Source: Mobula hypostoma (Eukaryota). From it: DNA of 64,000 nt. The number at the start of each line of letters is the position of its first letter. The stretch's first letter is position 1. The position numbers were made by a program, and so were the translations under genes. The notes below the pieces were generated by a model that was not told the DNA's origin, made no database searches, and was given only the letters and a program-made list of their open reading frames with translations. The stretch lies in contig NC_086097.1 in the NCBI RefSeq assembly GCF_963921235.1, positions 146,074,001 to 146,138,000 on the forward strand, given 5' to 3'. Shown piece after piece: positions 1-13,378 of the stretch.

Positions 1-462
1 AGTGTCTGCCTTCCATTCAGAAGATATGAAAGGAAAAAGTCAAGTTTTTACTCCGAGCTGAGTCTACATTAAATCCATGGCTGAGATTGTGACCACGAAG
101 ATATTCTGGCCAACAAATACTGGGAATAGTACTGTGGGCTATTGATTTCCGGGCTGAAGATGAGCAGAGTTGCATTTACTGATATGGCTTTGTCTGCAGG
201 TGCAGTCTAAAAATATACAGCCTTGCTGACTTGGAACATACACTGTAGCCTGCCAGCTATTTTTAGCTATGGTTCTCAATGAATTGACTACTGAAGCAGA
301 AAGCACTTGCTTCAAACTGTTTCTGCCCTGGCGTTGAAGAAAAATGGAAATTAGGGTTGAATTCCAACTTTTGGGAAGATTTAAGCTGAATAACAAAACT
401 TCCTTGGATGCTAAGAATCATCCCCATTTTCTGCTTTAATCCTATGTCTTATACTTCAGTCT

Positions 463-3400
463 TATAGAGTCATTGAACACTAGAGCACAGAAACAGGCCC
501 TTTGGCCCATCTAGTCCATAATGAACCATTAATCTGTCTTGTTCCATCAGCCCTCTATATCCCTCCTATCCATGTACCTATCCAGATTTCTCTTAAATGT
601 TGAAATCCAATCTGCATCCATCACTTGCACTAGCAGTTTATTCCACTGTTGCCACCCCCTAGATGAAGAAGAACGCCCTCATGTTCCCTTAAACATTTCA
701 CCTTGACTCTAGATGTAGTCTCAACCAATCACAGTGGAAAAAGCCTATCTTTATCATTCATAAGAATTTATCCGATCTATACCCTTCATAATTTTGTATA
801 CCTCTATCAAATCTCCCCTCAATCTTCTACGTTCTAGGGAATAACATTCTAACCTATTCAACTTTTCCCTATAACTCAGGTCCTCAAGTACCAGCAACAT
901 CCTTGTTAAATTTTCTCTGCACTCTTTCAATCTTATTTACATCTTTTCTGGAGGTGGATGACCAAAAACAGCACACAGTACCCCTAATTAGGCCTCGTCA
1001 ACATCTTATACAATTTCAATATAACATTCCAACGACTGGACTCAATACATAGATATATGAAGGTCAATGTGTTAATAGCTTTTTTTATGACTGCATGTAC
1101 CAGTGACACTACTTTCCAGGAATTTTGGACCTGTATTCCCAGATCCCTTTGTTCTACTGTGCCCTACTGTTCACTATGTTGGTCCTCCAAAAGTGCAACA
1201 CCTCACACTTGCTTGCATTAAATTCCATTTGTGCCATTTTTCAGCCATTTTCCAACTGTTCCAGATTCCACTGGAAACTTTAATAGTCTTCCTCACTGTC
1301 CACTATACCCTTAATCTTGGTGTCATCCACAAATTTGTTGATCCAATTACCTACATTATCATCCAGATTGTTGATACAGTTTACAATCAATAACGTTACT
1401 CTTGACAGTCCACTAGTCACAGGCCTTCAGTCGGACAGAGCAACTATCTACTACCACTATCTGGCTTTTCCCACAAAGCTAATGTCTAATCCCACATCTT
1501 GATTACCTCATCTTGATTGCTGAGCAACTGAAACTATTTAACAAATCTCCTAAGCAGGATCCTGTGAAAGGCCTTGCTAAAGTCCTTGAAGAAACATCCA
1601 CTGCCTTGCTTTCATCAACTTTCCTGGTAACTTCCTCAACAAACTCTATAAGATTGGTTAGATATGACCTACCACACACAAAGCCATGGTGACCATCCCC
1701 AATCATTCCAAGCCTATCCGAATACTCATATCTGGGCCATTAGAATACCCTCCAATAACTTACCCACTATTGATGTCAGGCTCACTGGCCTATAATTTCC
1801 TGGCTTGTTCTTAGAGCCTTTCTTAAGCAACGGAACAACATTAGCTATCCTGCGATCCTCCAGCACCTCACTCGTGGCTAAAGATGTTTTAAGTGCTTCT
1901 GCTAGGGCCCCTACTATTTCTGCACCAGCATCCCACAAGGTCTGAGGAAACACATTGTCAGGCCCTGGGGGTTTATCCACCATAATATTTCTCAAGACAG
2001 TAAACACTTCCTTTTCTGCAATCTGTATAGGGGGCATGACTTTATTGCTGCTTTGCCTCACTTCTATAGATTGTTTCCATCTCCTGAGTAAATACAGATG
2101 CAAAAAATCCATTTACGATCTCCTCTATCTCTTTCGGCTTCACACATTGATCACCACTCTGATCTTCCCCAGGACCAATTTTGTCCCTTGCTATCCTTTT
2201 ATCCTTTTGCTGTTAATATATCTATAGAAGCCCTGAGGATTCAGCTTCTTTCTTTTTCAATCTTTTTATAAGTTTCAAAATTAAACATAACAATAATAGT
2301 AACGATACTTAGAGATCGGGATTACAATAATAACAGTTAACATGTGCAAGCACAGATTCCAAGTAACAAATATAGTTTAGCCTCCCAATCTCAAGTAACT
2401 GACCATGAAAAAGATGTTTCATAAAGAGAAAAAAAGAAACCCCCCTAAACCTTGTCTACTAGAGCAACCTCATGCCTTCTTTTAAAGTTCAAAGTACATT
2501 TATTATCAACGTACGTATACTTACACAAATTTGGATTTGTCTTTTTGCAGGCAACCACAAAACAAAAAAAAGCACAATAGAACCCATTAAGCAAACCCAC
2601 ACAGCAAAGACCGTCAAACACCCAATGAGTGAAACAAAGAACAAATTGTGCAAATAATAAAAAAGTAAACAAATAACACACAGAATATTGACCAAAAATG
2701 AGCCCACAGCCACCAAGCCAGTTCAGTGCTGGGGCAAGTGAAGCTGGTCCAGGAGCCTAATGGCTGCAGGCCATAGCCATAGAGTCAGCTCAGCCCTGAG
2801 ACGAATGCTGATGGTTGCGAGCCATAGCAGCAGAGTCAGCCCTCCTGATGTCCTTCTTTAAGTCTTCACTTGCATTTCTTATACTCCACAAGTACCCCAT
2901 TTGTTCCTGTATGCTATATCTGCATATAAACTCTGTACCCTCAAAATTTCACTTTTGAAGGCCTCCCACTCACCAAGTACACCTTTGCCAAAAAACAACC
3001 TGTCCCAATCCACACTTTCCAGATACCTTCTGATACCATCAAAATTGACATTTCTCCAACTTAGAATCTCAACCCGAGTATCAAACCTATCCTTTTCCGT
3101 AATTACCTTGAAACTAAAATGATATGTACATAGAAGACATCTATGTATTGACTATGGAAACTTTCCCGAACACATTGACAAACTCTTTCCATCCAGTCCT
3201 TTTACAGCATGGGAGTCCCAGTCAATAAGTGGAAAGTTAAAATCACCTACTGTCACGTCCTTAAGTATCTTGCAACAGTCTGCGATCCCTCTACTAACTT
3301 GTTCCCCTAAATGCCAGGTTGTCTATGATATAATTCCAATAATGTGGTCATACCTTTCTTATTCCTCAGACCTACCCGTAAAGCCTCTCTAGATGAACTT

Positions 3401-4659
3401 TCCAGACTGTCCTGTCTGAGCACAGCTGTGACATTTTCCCTGACTAGTAATGCCACCCCTCCCCTTTTAATCCCTCCCACTCTATCATGACTAAAACAGC
3501 AGAACCCCAGAAAACTGAGCTGGCAGTTCTGCTCCTTGCGCAGCCAAGACTCACAATTGGTTACAATGTCATAATTCCATGTGCTGATCCATGCCTTGAA
3601 CTCATCTGCCATTCCCACAATACTTCTTGCATTGAAATTTACACAGCTCAGAACCTTAGTCCCACCACGCTCAACCTTTTGATTCCTGACTTTTACGAAT
3701 GCTTAACAACATCTTTCTCCAAATCCACTTCACTATCTGTTCTGGTCCCCTAGTTCCAATCCCCCAGCCACTCTAGTTTAAACACTACCCTGTGCAGCAT
3801 TGGCAAACCTTCCCAATGAGATATTAATCCCCCTGCAGTTCAGCTGCAAACTACCTCTTCTGTACCAGTCCCACCTTCCCTGGAAGAAAACCCAATGATC
3901 CAAAAATCTGAAGCCCTTCCTCCTACATCATCTCCTTAGCCACATGTTGAACTGTATGATCTTCCTATTTCTGGCTTCACCAGCATGTGACATGGGTAGC
4001 AGACCTGAGATTACAACTTTGGAGTTCCTGTCCTATAGCTTAGCACTTAACACCCTGAACACATGTGGACCACAACCTCTGGCTGCTTACCTTCACACTT
4101 AAGAATGCTGTGTGCTCAATCCGAGAGGTCTCTGACCCTAGCACCCGGGAGGCAACATACCACGCGGGAATCTTGTTCTCATCCACAGAATTTCCTGTCT
4201 GTTCCCCATGACCAATGGATCACCTATCACTATTGCCCTTCTCCCCTCTCCCTTCTGATCCACAGGGCCAGGTTCTGCACCACAGTCCTAACCACTGTCA
4301 GTTTCCTTTGCTAGGTCATTCCCCACCCTCCCAACAGTATCCAAAGCAGTATACCTGTTGTTGAGGGGTACTGCCACAGGGGTACTCTGCACTGGCTGCC
4401 TATCTCCTTTCTCCATTCTAATGATCACCCAGTTACTTGTGCTCTCCACCTTGGGTGTAACCACTTACTGATTGTCCTGTCTTTCAATCCCTCAACCTCC
4501 CAAATGATCCAGAGTTCATTCAGTTCCAGCTCCAACTCATTAGAAGCTGCAGCTGGATGCATTTCTGCAAGGTGTTGTCATCGGGGACATCGATGCTCTC
4601 TCTGCCTTCCCAATCCTTCAGGAGGAGGATTCCACTCTTCTGCCCAGCATCCCCACTGC
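463..4659 (-). mobile_element. Degenerate CR1 LINE (ORF1 remnant, APE endonuclease, RT, 3' UTR) carrying nested insertions
   Basis: Minus-strand ORF fragments: RT (HGFVCGRSYLTNLIEF; KPPGPD..NYRPVSLTSIVGKLLE), APE (YDIVTNCESWL..GGGVALLVRE) and ORF1 zinc-finger remnant near 4520-4650; many stops and frameshifts. Confidence 0.88.
2483..2845 (-). mobile_element. 3' tail fragment of a Rex1/Babar-type or related non-autonomous retroelement nested in the CR1
   Basis: Minus strand ends ...GATAATAAATGTACTTTGAACTTT; a very similar tail occurs on + at about 57250-57520; interrupts the CR1 sequence. Confidence 0.5.
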
Positions 4660-4674
4660 GAAGGAAGGAAGGAA

Positions 4675-5271
4675 CACAGAACACAGAACACAGAATAATA
4701 CAGCACATTACAGGCCTTTCGGCCCACAATGTTGTGCCAACCCTCAAACCCTGCCTCCCATATAACTCCAACCTTAAATTCATCCATATACCTGTCTAGT
4801 AGTCTCTTAAACTTCACTAGTGTATCTGCCTCCACCACTGACTCAGACAGTGCATTCCACGCACCAACCACTCTCTGAGTAAAAAACCTTCCTCTAATAT
4901 CCCCCTTGAACTTCCCACCCCTTACCTTAAAGCCATGTCCTCTTGTATTGAGCAGTGGTGCCCTGGGGAAGAGGCGCTGACTATCCACTCTATTTATTGC
5001 TCTTATTATCTTGTACACCTCTATCATGTCTCCTCTCATCCTCCTTCTCTCCAAAGAGTAAAGCCCTAGCTCCCTTAATCTCTGATCATAATGCATACTC
5101 TCTAAACCAGGCAGCATCCTGGTAAATCTCCTCTGTACCCTTTCCAATGCTTCCACATCCTTCCTATAGTGAGGCGACCAGAACTGGACACAGTACTCCA
5201 AGTGTGGCCTAACCAGAGTTTTACAGAGCTGCATCATTACCTCGCGACTCTTAAACTCTATCCCTCGACTT
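4675..5271 (-). mobile_element. Young 5'-truncated CR1 (C-terminal ORF2 and 3' UTR)
   Basis: ORF 4578-5237 contains LVRPHLEYCVQFWSPHY..ERVQRRFTRMLPGL..FFTQRVVGAWNAL; tail of AACACAG repeats (+ strand reading); flanked on both sides by GGAA repeats. Confidence 0.92.
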
Positions 5272-5330
5272 AGGAAGGAAGGAAGGGGAAGGAAGGAAGG
5301 AAGAAAGGTATGTAGGTAGGTAGGTAGGTT
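5272..5330. repeat. Compound microsatellite (GGAA)n/(GTAG)n
   Basis: Directly visible; the GGAA tract also appears at 4660-4675, so the CR1 inserted into it. Confidence 0.9.
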
Positions 5331-5459
5331 GGTCTTGGTAGGTTATCCCGCAGAACAATATCCAAAGTGGTATTCTTATCGTTGAGGGGAATGGCCACAG
5401 GGGCACTCTGCACTGGCTGCCCATTTCCCTTCTCATGGCAGTCTTTCTTTCTTTCTTTC

Positions 5460-6105
5460 TAGACAAATATAAGAAGAGGTTGAAATGATATTGAGTAAAC
5501 TTTCTCTTTATTTTTCAAAGTCAATTTTAAGCCTAAATCTGATGGCCCTATTCAGTATTGTTGCAGAACAAGATTTCAAGCTGAAGACATCTGATTTACA
5601 TATTTTGGCCTTTAGCTCTCTTATACCTAGGAGGGCGCTTTTGTTTAAATGGAAAGATGTTTCTCCTCCTACTCATGCACAATGGTTATGCGACGTTATG
5701 TCATGCTTAGATTTAGAGAAGATTCGTTGTTCAATTTCTGAATCTCATCAAGACTTTCAAACATTGTGGGGACCTTTTCTGAGTTATTTTAAAAACTTCC
5801 AAAACCTTCAATTTGTTGTTTAAATTCAGACGTTGGTTATTATTAATTTTTTATTATATGAAAAGGTATTTTACCTTTATTTCTCCTTGGTAAGGGTTAG
5901 ACTCCTTTTTGTAATGATTTTTTGTAATAAATTAGTATATTTCAATATAACTTTTGATTAACTTACATGAATAAAGGGTAATGAGATTGTTATTATGAAT
6001 AGATATAATGTAATTGGTAGTTTTTAAAATCTTTTTTGACCTCTTATATATACTTTCTTGTACTCTGTATTCTTCTATGTAGAAACTAATAAAAATATTG
6101 GAAAG
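5460..6105 (+). mobile_element. L1-clade LINE 3' fragment (C-terminal ORF2 and AT-rich 3' UTR)
   Basis: ORF 5485-5823 (ILAFSSLIPRRALLFKWKDVSPPTHAQWL..LEKIR..FQTLWGPFLSYF) resembles the C-terminus of fish L1 ORF2; AATAAA near 6088 followed by A-rich sequence. Confidence 0.8.
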
Positions 6106-6169
6106 AAATTATATTGAGTGAAAACTTATGGATAATATCAAAAAAAACAGGAAAATATATAAATAAGTA

Positions 6170-7810
6170 AAAAGATATTTAAATAAAACATACTGTATAA
6201 TTAAGAATAAAGGTAGCTAAGGTAGGTGAGGAACCTCTAAGAGAGTGAAACTGGTGAATTCTCTAACAGGAAGCAAAGAAATGGCAATTATGTTCGAACA
6301 ACTTTTTAAAACAATTTTCACTGTGGAGGACATTGCAAATCCCTACAATAATAAATGATATAATTTCAAATAACATGGAGAAAGTTGTAAAAATCTAATC
6401 ACAAGTCATAAAGTTGGACAAATCGTTGGGACCCGATGGCCTGCACCCCAATAGCCTTTAAAGGAACTGGCTGCAGGAATAGTGAACCCATTGATTTTTT
6501 TTTAAGATTTCTAAATTCTGTGAGGACAGCAAAAGATTTTAAAATATCAACATGATTCCCTTGTTCCAAAGTGGGGAACTCTAGGCCAATTATTTTAACA
6601 TCTATTTTAAAGTCAATAATCAAAGAATAAATAAATAATTGCTTAGGAAAGCTGAATATGATCAAAAATAGTCAACATGGTTTTATAGAAGATAAGTGTT
6701 TGACTAATTTGCTTGATTTATTTGAGAACAAACAGGAGAGAGTTAACGGAGGGGAACCTGAAGGTGCAGCGTATTGACATTTCCAAAAGGTATTTGATGA
6801 AGTGCCACATAAAGAAGTGGAATCAAAAAGAAGTGGAATAGATGGGTCATTATCAAGCTGGAAGGACACAACTAGTAGGGTACTCCAGAGATCAGCTCTT
6901 GGTGTTCAACAGTCTATGACTTACATTAATGACCCCAAGGAGGGAATGAAAATTAAGGTTTCCAAGCTTGCAGATGATACAAAAATAGATGGATTGTGAT
7001 TCTGCAACATGACATAGATAGACTGAGTGAGTGGATGAGCAAACACCTGGCAAATGTAGCTTTATCTGGGGAAATGTTAACGTTATGCACTTAGGTAAGA
7101 GGCATCAAAAGATGGATTTTAAGTGGAGAAGTACAGGGTGATTGGATGTTCCAGTACATGAATTATAAAATGTCAGCAGAATGCTCCAACAGGTAGTTAG
7201 GAGAGCAAATACATGCTGACCTTTATTATGAAAAGCTTTAAATTTAAGATAGGGAGTTTTCTGAACAGTTGTATAGGGTGTTGGTGAGGAATATTGTACA
7301 CAGTTTTGATTCCCTTACGTATAAAGGGACTTAGGGGAAGGTAGTGTTGGAGACAATCCAGAGGAGATTCACTGATATGAGAGGATTGTCCTACCAGGAG
7401 AAGTTTGATGGTTTAGGTCATTATTGCTTGTAGCTTTAGAAAAATGAGGAGTGACCTTATTCGAACATATAAGTTCCAAGGGGGAGCTTGGCAGAGTCAG
7501 TGCAGAAATGATTTCTCGAGTGGGAGAATCACAAAAAAGTGCCTATATCTACAAAATTAGGGACTGTTCATTTAAAGTGAGGTGCACAGTAGTGTCCTTA
7601 GTCAGAGCATAGTCAATTACTGAAATCCTTTTCACCGGATCGCGAGATATGTTTAAGATGGAGACTGATAAATATTTGAAAGATCGAGGAATTGAAAGTT
7701 ATGAGGAATTGGCACTGATGATGAGTTAAGGCCAACATGATTATATTGAATGACAGGGCAGGCATGAGGGGCTTGGTGGCCTTTGATTGTCCCTATTTTG
7801 TTGTGTCTTG
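6170..7810 (+). mobile_element. Old, heavily decayed CR1 RT and 3' UTR
   Basis: Remnants such as SQHGFI..CLTNLL, FQKVFDEVPH and KLADDTK; CR1-like 3' end near 7740-7810. Confidence 0.75.
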
Positions 7811-8689
7811 TGCCTTTATGTTACTCTACAAGTCACTAAAGTGTTCAGAAGCAGTATGGGTGGTGAATTTGGTTGAAGGAATAGATTTGTGGTCTACAGG
7901 GAGTCTGTGGTGGAACAGAAGAGGTTTGAAAATGGATAAATAATTTTCTGTTTTTCTTGACTAGCTTTGGAGACCAGAAAATAAAAACATCAGAAATAAA
8001 TCTTTCAAATTTACTCCATCATTAAGAAAGATTATGGAAGATTCTCAACCTTCCTGCCTGACTTCCAGATCTCCAGGTTCCCTTACAGTCTAAACATCTA
8101 TGAATTTCAATCTAGGGAGTGTTCAACAACTGAAAACTTACAGTCCTCTGGGGTCGAAAAATCCAAAACTGTATCATCTTCTATGTGAAGTAACTTCTTC
8201 TTCATTCCGTCCTGTTATAAGGCTAACACCACATCCTGAGAAAATAACCTTGAAAGTTCCTGCATGAAAGGTTAAAATATAAGGGATCCAGGATGAACTA
8301 CAAAAGTGGATACGTAATTGGCCTGATAGTAGAAAGCAGAGGGTGGCGGTGGAAATTTGTTTATCGGAGTGGAGACTGATGACAAGTAGAGCATTACAGG
8401 GAGTGGTACGGGGCTCATTAGTGTTTGTCATCTATGTAAACAATTTGGATGAGAATATACAAGGTGTGGTTAGTAAGCTTGCAGATGACACGAAATTAGG
8501 TGGTATTGTACACAGTGAAGAAAGTTATTGAAAAGTCTAGGGGAATTTGGATCGGTTAGTGGGCTAAGAAATGAAAAATGGAGAACCTACAAACTAATTA
8601 CAGGCAACTGCAAACTTCATGCCTAAATGAATAGGGCCCTCTATTGGTCAATGTTGACAATGGATATTCTGTCTTAGCTGTCTACGTGA

Positions 8690-9208
8690 TACGTAAGATA
8701 GTAGGCAGGCCAGGGCAGTACGATATGGTAAGAAAGCTGCTGCCTATGTATCAGGCTCCCTCTCTCCATGCAGCTGATAAATCCAAAGGAATGGCAGAGA
8801 CCGATACAGATTGCGATCAGCAGCACCACAAGAGTTGACAGTCAGTGTTGAACTCAATATAGGACTGCCTTAGGGACACGAACTGTGGATTTTTCCTTGG
8901 GGTTTATTCCCAAAGCCTTCCCCATGAATGGGTTTAGCTGCAAGGTAGTGGAGGTCTGAGCTATCAGCCATGGCCGATGATATCTATCTGCCTAAAGCAA
9001 ATGGTTTTAAGGCACCAGTGACCTGTCTTTGCCCCTTCTCCTGTCAGTAGAAATGGTTCTGCCAGGCTTAGTAGCTAACCCACATGTGAAGGCCAGGAGT
9101 TGGACTTGGTTGTCAGAGGCTATTTGAGGTGCATGCTATTGGGTGTATTTTATAAGTAGTGAGAGCTTATCCTTATTATCTCCCCTTGGCTACAACCTTA
9201 AGGAACCA
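8690..9208 (-). mobile_element. Probable RTE-related non-autonomous element or 5' UTR fragment
   Basis: Resembles from memory an abundant chondrichthyan RTE-associated repeat; no ORF support. Confidence 0.4.
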
Positions 9209-9816
9209 CCAAAGTGAATAGTTATACACTTACCCACAGTTCACTTGCCTGGCCACTCATCATCTACATATTAATTGTGTATATTACTTGGAGAAGTTCT
9301 GCCTGTGTGAACTATCTCTGGGAAGCTGGCTCTGGCCTGAATCATGCAGTACAGAGCTCTTCTAATAAAGAACAGGTAGCCTTGCTCTCTGAATTGTTTT
9401 GTGAACTAGTTAAGAATATAAAAAATAAGAATGTTAGAACATCAAAAAGAAAGCTACAAAGTGAGTTCCATTTTTTTCTCATTATTGAGATAATCTGGAC
9501 TATTTCACTAAATTCAGATTATCTCAATTATATGAGAAAAAAATGAACTCACTTTGTAGCTATCTTTTTCATTCAAATGCAAAAATTAGAGGATATCCAA
9601 ACTGCCATCAAATAGCAACTAGTTTTTTTTTCCCCAGATAAGTACAAAGAATCTGGAAGATCACATTGTTTATTCCTCTCCCTAGATGCTGCCTAACTTG
9701 CTGAGTTCCTCCAGCGTTTGTGTGTGTTGTTTAACATTTCCAGCATCTGCAGAATCTCCTGTGCTTGTTGAAGATCACACTGCACTGTCAGACACACAAG
9801 GGGCCCATGTGGCTAC

Positions 9817-9888
9817 CAGCTGTGCTGAAGTTTGGGATTTCCATGACTGTGCGGGTTAATATGGGAATCCCAAAGTTACGCACAGTTG
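9817..9888 (+). other. 72-nt imperfect hairpin (pre-miRNA-like, or a decayed palindromic element)
   Basis: CAGCTGTGC/GCACAGTTG and TTTGGGATTTCCAT/ATGGGAATCCCAAA pair; both deviations are G-U pairs on +. Confidence 0.45.
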
Positions 9889-10514
9889 CAAGGGTATGCC
9901 AGGAAATGCTCTCGGGAAACATTTCGCATTGTGCGAGCAGTTTACTTCCCACCCAGCTATTTATCATCAGCAATCCTGGATGTATTACACTCGGATCCTT
10001 TATCCAGGCTGTTAATATCGATGGTTTGTAGCTGAGAACCAAAAAACTGCTCCCAGTAATAGTCTGATAACTTACAGAACATTCCCATCAGCCAGACTTA
10101 TATACCCCAATTTTCTTTTTCATTAAAGCAGCAGAGTTGCCATGATCCTAATTAATGCTACAGGCAACTGCCAATCTCAACCTCAGCATGACCGTTAAGC
10201 AACCTAATGGTTTTCAATCTGTTACGAGTGTCCCTCTGGAATCTTATCTTCAATATAGAACAAGGCTAGTTTATATTTAAAATCAGAACATATGTTCAGA
10301 AAAATATCCCTCATAAATATGCCCTATTATGTTCCTGCTTTTTTATACATGATTACTAAATTAAAGACAATCAATTTCATTTTTAAATCAAACATTCCAC
10401 AGTCTTGCCCAAGTCAGAATGTTGAGTCTAAACCTCATGCCAGACATCTGAATATATAACTTGGGCTGACACTTTACTGTAGTACTGTCTTTCTGAAGAG
10501 AACTATAGACATGT

Positions 10515-10945
10515 AAAGCAACACACAAAATGCTGGAGGAACACAGAATCTAAAGTAAAGGCATCCGTTAGTCTTGCAAGACCATGGATCCGCGCCTGGA
10601 AAGTGTTCACTCTCCAGGGCGCAGGCCTGGGCAAGGTTGTATGGAAGACCAGCAGTTGCCCATGCTGCAAGTCTCCCCTCTCCATGACACCAATGTTGTC
10701 CAAAGGCCATGACCCTTCGTCAGGACTGGGAAGAAGGGGGGAGAAGCCGGAATAAGAAGGTCGGGGAAGGGAAAGGGTCACCAGCTGGCTGGTGATAGGT
10801 GAAATCAGGTGAGGGAGAAGGTGGGTGGGTGAAGGAGGGGGATGAAGTGAGAGCTGGGAGATGATAGGTGGAAAAGGTAAAGGAATGAAGTAGAAGGAAC
10901 CTGATAGGAGAGTGGACCACTAGAGAAATGGAAGGAGGAAGGGAC
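10515..10945 (-). mobile_element. Penelope-like 3'/pLTR fragment interrupted by a SINE 3' part (10560-10703)
   Basis: CAACACACAAAATGCTGGAGGAAC start and GACCCTTCGTCAGGAC hammerhead half; the insert matches the reverse complement of the SINE tail at 57890-58027. Confidence 0.75.
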
Positions 10946-11699
10946 CAGTTCAGTACAACACCTACCCAGATATTGTCCTCCAGGCACGTAACTATTGTGA
11001 TTCCTCTGATTCCAGGTTGATAGATAAAATGATAGGTATCTCTGACTGAACCAGCATCAGATAAACACAGGCAAGGAAACCTTTTGATTACTATCTCCTG
11101 TCCTTCCTCAGCTTTGCTTCTCTGTGTTGAAGTGAGCACTGAAAACAGTAAGAGCACAAAATGTATTTTGACTTGAAATCTTCAATATTCACCTCTGAGA
11201 GTGGCTTGATAGCACCAGCACAGACTAATCTGACTGAGCCCTGAAGAATGTCACTGCCAAAGTGATTCTGTAGTGGGTAGTGAGTGAACCGAGACTGGGC
11301 ATTAGACTGTTATCTGTCTAAGATAACAGAAGAGGACTACCTTGTGAGGTAATGTGGAGACAATGTCCCATCTTCTCACTGAGTACACATTCTATGTGTT
11401 GTGTGGCACGACTAAAGTGCTGAAATGCAATAGACTCAGAACAGATTTAGCATATCAGAAATGGCTATTCATAAGATACTGTAGATTATCAGTAGCAGAA
11501 ATACATATCACAAGTATAAACTCATCAGATGGAATACTCCTCACCCTGCCATTGCCACCCTTGTTCGATGAGGAGTACAGAAGGGCATGCCAGAAACAGC
11601 ATTAGGCACATGGAAAAATGATGAAATATCAGAGAAACCAGTCATCAAGCAAGTCCATGTGATCTCAAAAACTTTAGAAACAATGTGGATGCTAGAAAC

Positions 11700-11900
11700 T
11701 GAAACAAAACCTAAAAATATATTTTGTGATCTCAGGAAATGTCTAAGAACGATGGATACAGCAAAGGCCAGAGGACCAGACAACGTCCTTGCTGTAGTGC
11801 TGAAAGTCTGCACTTCAGAGCTGGCTGCTCCTCCGGTCAATCTGTTCCAATACTGGCATCTATCCAGCCTTGTGAAAAATTGCACGTGTATTCCACCCTT
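11700..11900 (+). mobile_element. Ancient CR1/L2-group RT fragment
   Basis: MDTAKARGPDNVLAVVLKVCTSELAAPPVNLFQY matches the conserved KA.GPD..LK.C..ELA.PL..LF block of non-LTR RTs. Confidence 0.7.
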
Positions 11901-11963
11901 CATTCAAGTAGCAGACAGCAACACAGTCTGCACCCACAGTGAATGCAGAGGCATCCTCTGGAT

Positions 11964-12026
11964 CAGGGGCTCCCAAACTGAGGTCCACGGTATGGCTCCA
12001 TGATATAAGAAAGGTTGGTAGCCCCG
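11964..12026. mobile_element. Tiny (~63 bp) hAT/Charlie-type MITE
   Basis: Imperfect TIRs CAGGGGCTCCCAAACT / AGGTTGGTAGCCCCG; flanks CTCTGGAT / ATCTAGAA resemble the Charlie NTCTAGAN target. Confidence 0.5.
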
Positions 12027-13378
12027 ATCTAGAATGTAATTCCAGCTTGTTCTCCAGTGTTACACTCAGATGCCAAAGTACTTCCTGCTGTTCATTTTCC
12101 ATCACTTGTCTTTGTAAATAATTTGCAGCTGTACAGAATCTAAAAGTTGCTGAAAGATATCACAAACTGCTTATGATCTTTGAAACACCCACAAAGTGAT
12201 GGAGGAACTCCGCAGGTAAGGCAGCATCTGATGGAAGTGAATAAACAGTTGATGGTTCAGGCGGAGACCCCTCTTCAGGACTGGAAATGAAGGGGGGAAA
12301 AGCCAGAATAAAAAGGTAGGGGAAGGGGAAACAGGCTAGATGAAAGGTGATAGGTGAAGTCACGTGGGTGGGAAAGGCCAAGGGCTGGAGAGGAAGGAAT
12401 CTCATAGGAGAGGAGAGTGGACCATAGGAGAAAGGGAAGGAGGAGGAGACCCAGGAGGAGGTGATAGGCAGGTGAGAAGAGGTAAGAGACCAGAGTGGGG
12501 AATAGAAGAAGGGAGTGGGAGGGAAAAAAATTACCATAAGGAGAAATAGATATTCATGCCATCAGGTTAGAGGCTACCCAGATGGAATATAAGGTGTTGC
12601 CCTCCACCCTGAGGGTAGCCTGATTGTAGCATAAGAGGTGGTCACTGACTGACACGTCAGAATGGGAATGGGAATTAAAATGTTTGGCCACTGGGAATTT
12701 CTGCTTTTAAAGGCTGGAACAGAGGTGCTCAATGGAGTGGTACACCAATTTACGAGGGGTCTCACCAATGTAGAGGAGGCTGCAACTGGAGCACCAGACA
12801 CAATGGACGACCATAGGAACAGATGCGGCAGAGGTGAAGGAACTGAGAAAAGGGAATAGCATTTTTACAGGAGACAGGCTGGGAAGGGATATAGTCAAGA
12901 TTACGATAGGAATCGGTAGGTTTATAAAAGATATCGGTTGACAGCTTGTCGCAAGAGATGGAGACAGAGTCATCAGGAATTGGGAGGGAGATGCCAAAAA
13001 TAGACCAAGTGAATTTAAGTGCATGGTAGAAGTTTGAGGCAAAGCTGATGAAATTGACGAGCTCAGCATAGGTGCCTGAAACAGCACCAATGCAGTTGTC
13101 TGTGTAATGGAGAAAGAGTTGGGAAGCATTATTGTGGAAGGCTTGGAACATGGACTGAAAATCAAATCAAACCAAGTTTAATTATCATTCAAACCATCCA
13201 TAGATACAGCTGATCGAGACAGCATTCATTTCGGACCAAGGTGCAAAACATTTAAAGTAGCAAGCAGACTTCAAAATAGTGAGCAAAGAAGCATATTCAC
13301 TCCAAAAAAAACATATATACAGTTCAAGATCCTGGGCAGCAATGTCCAGCAGTCGATGGTACAGTCCCCTCGCAGTGT

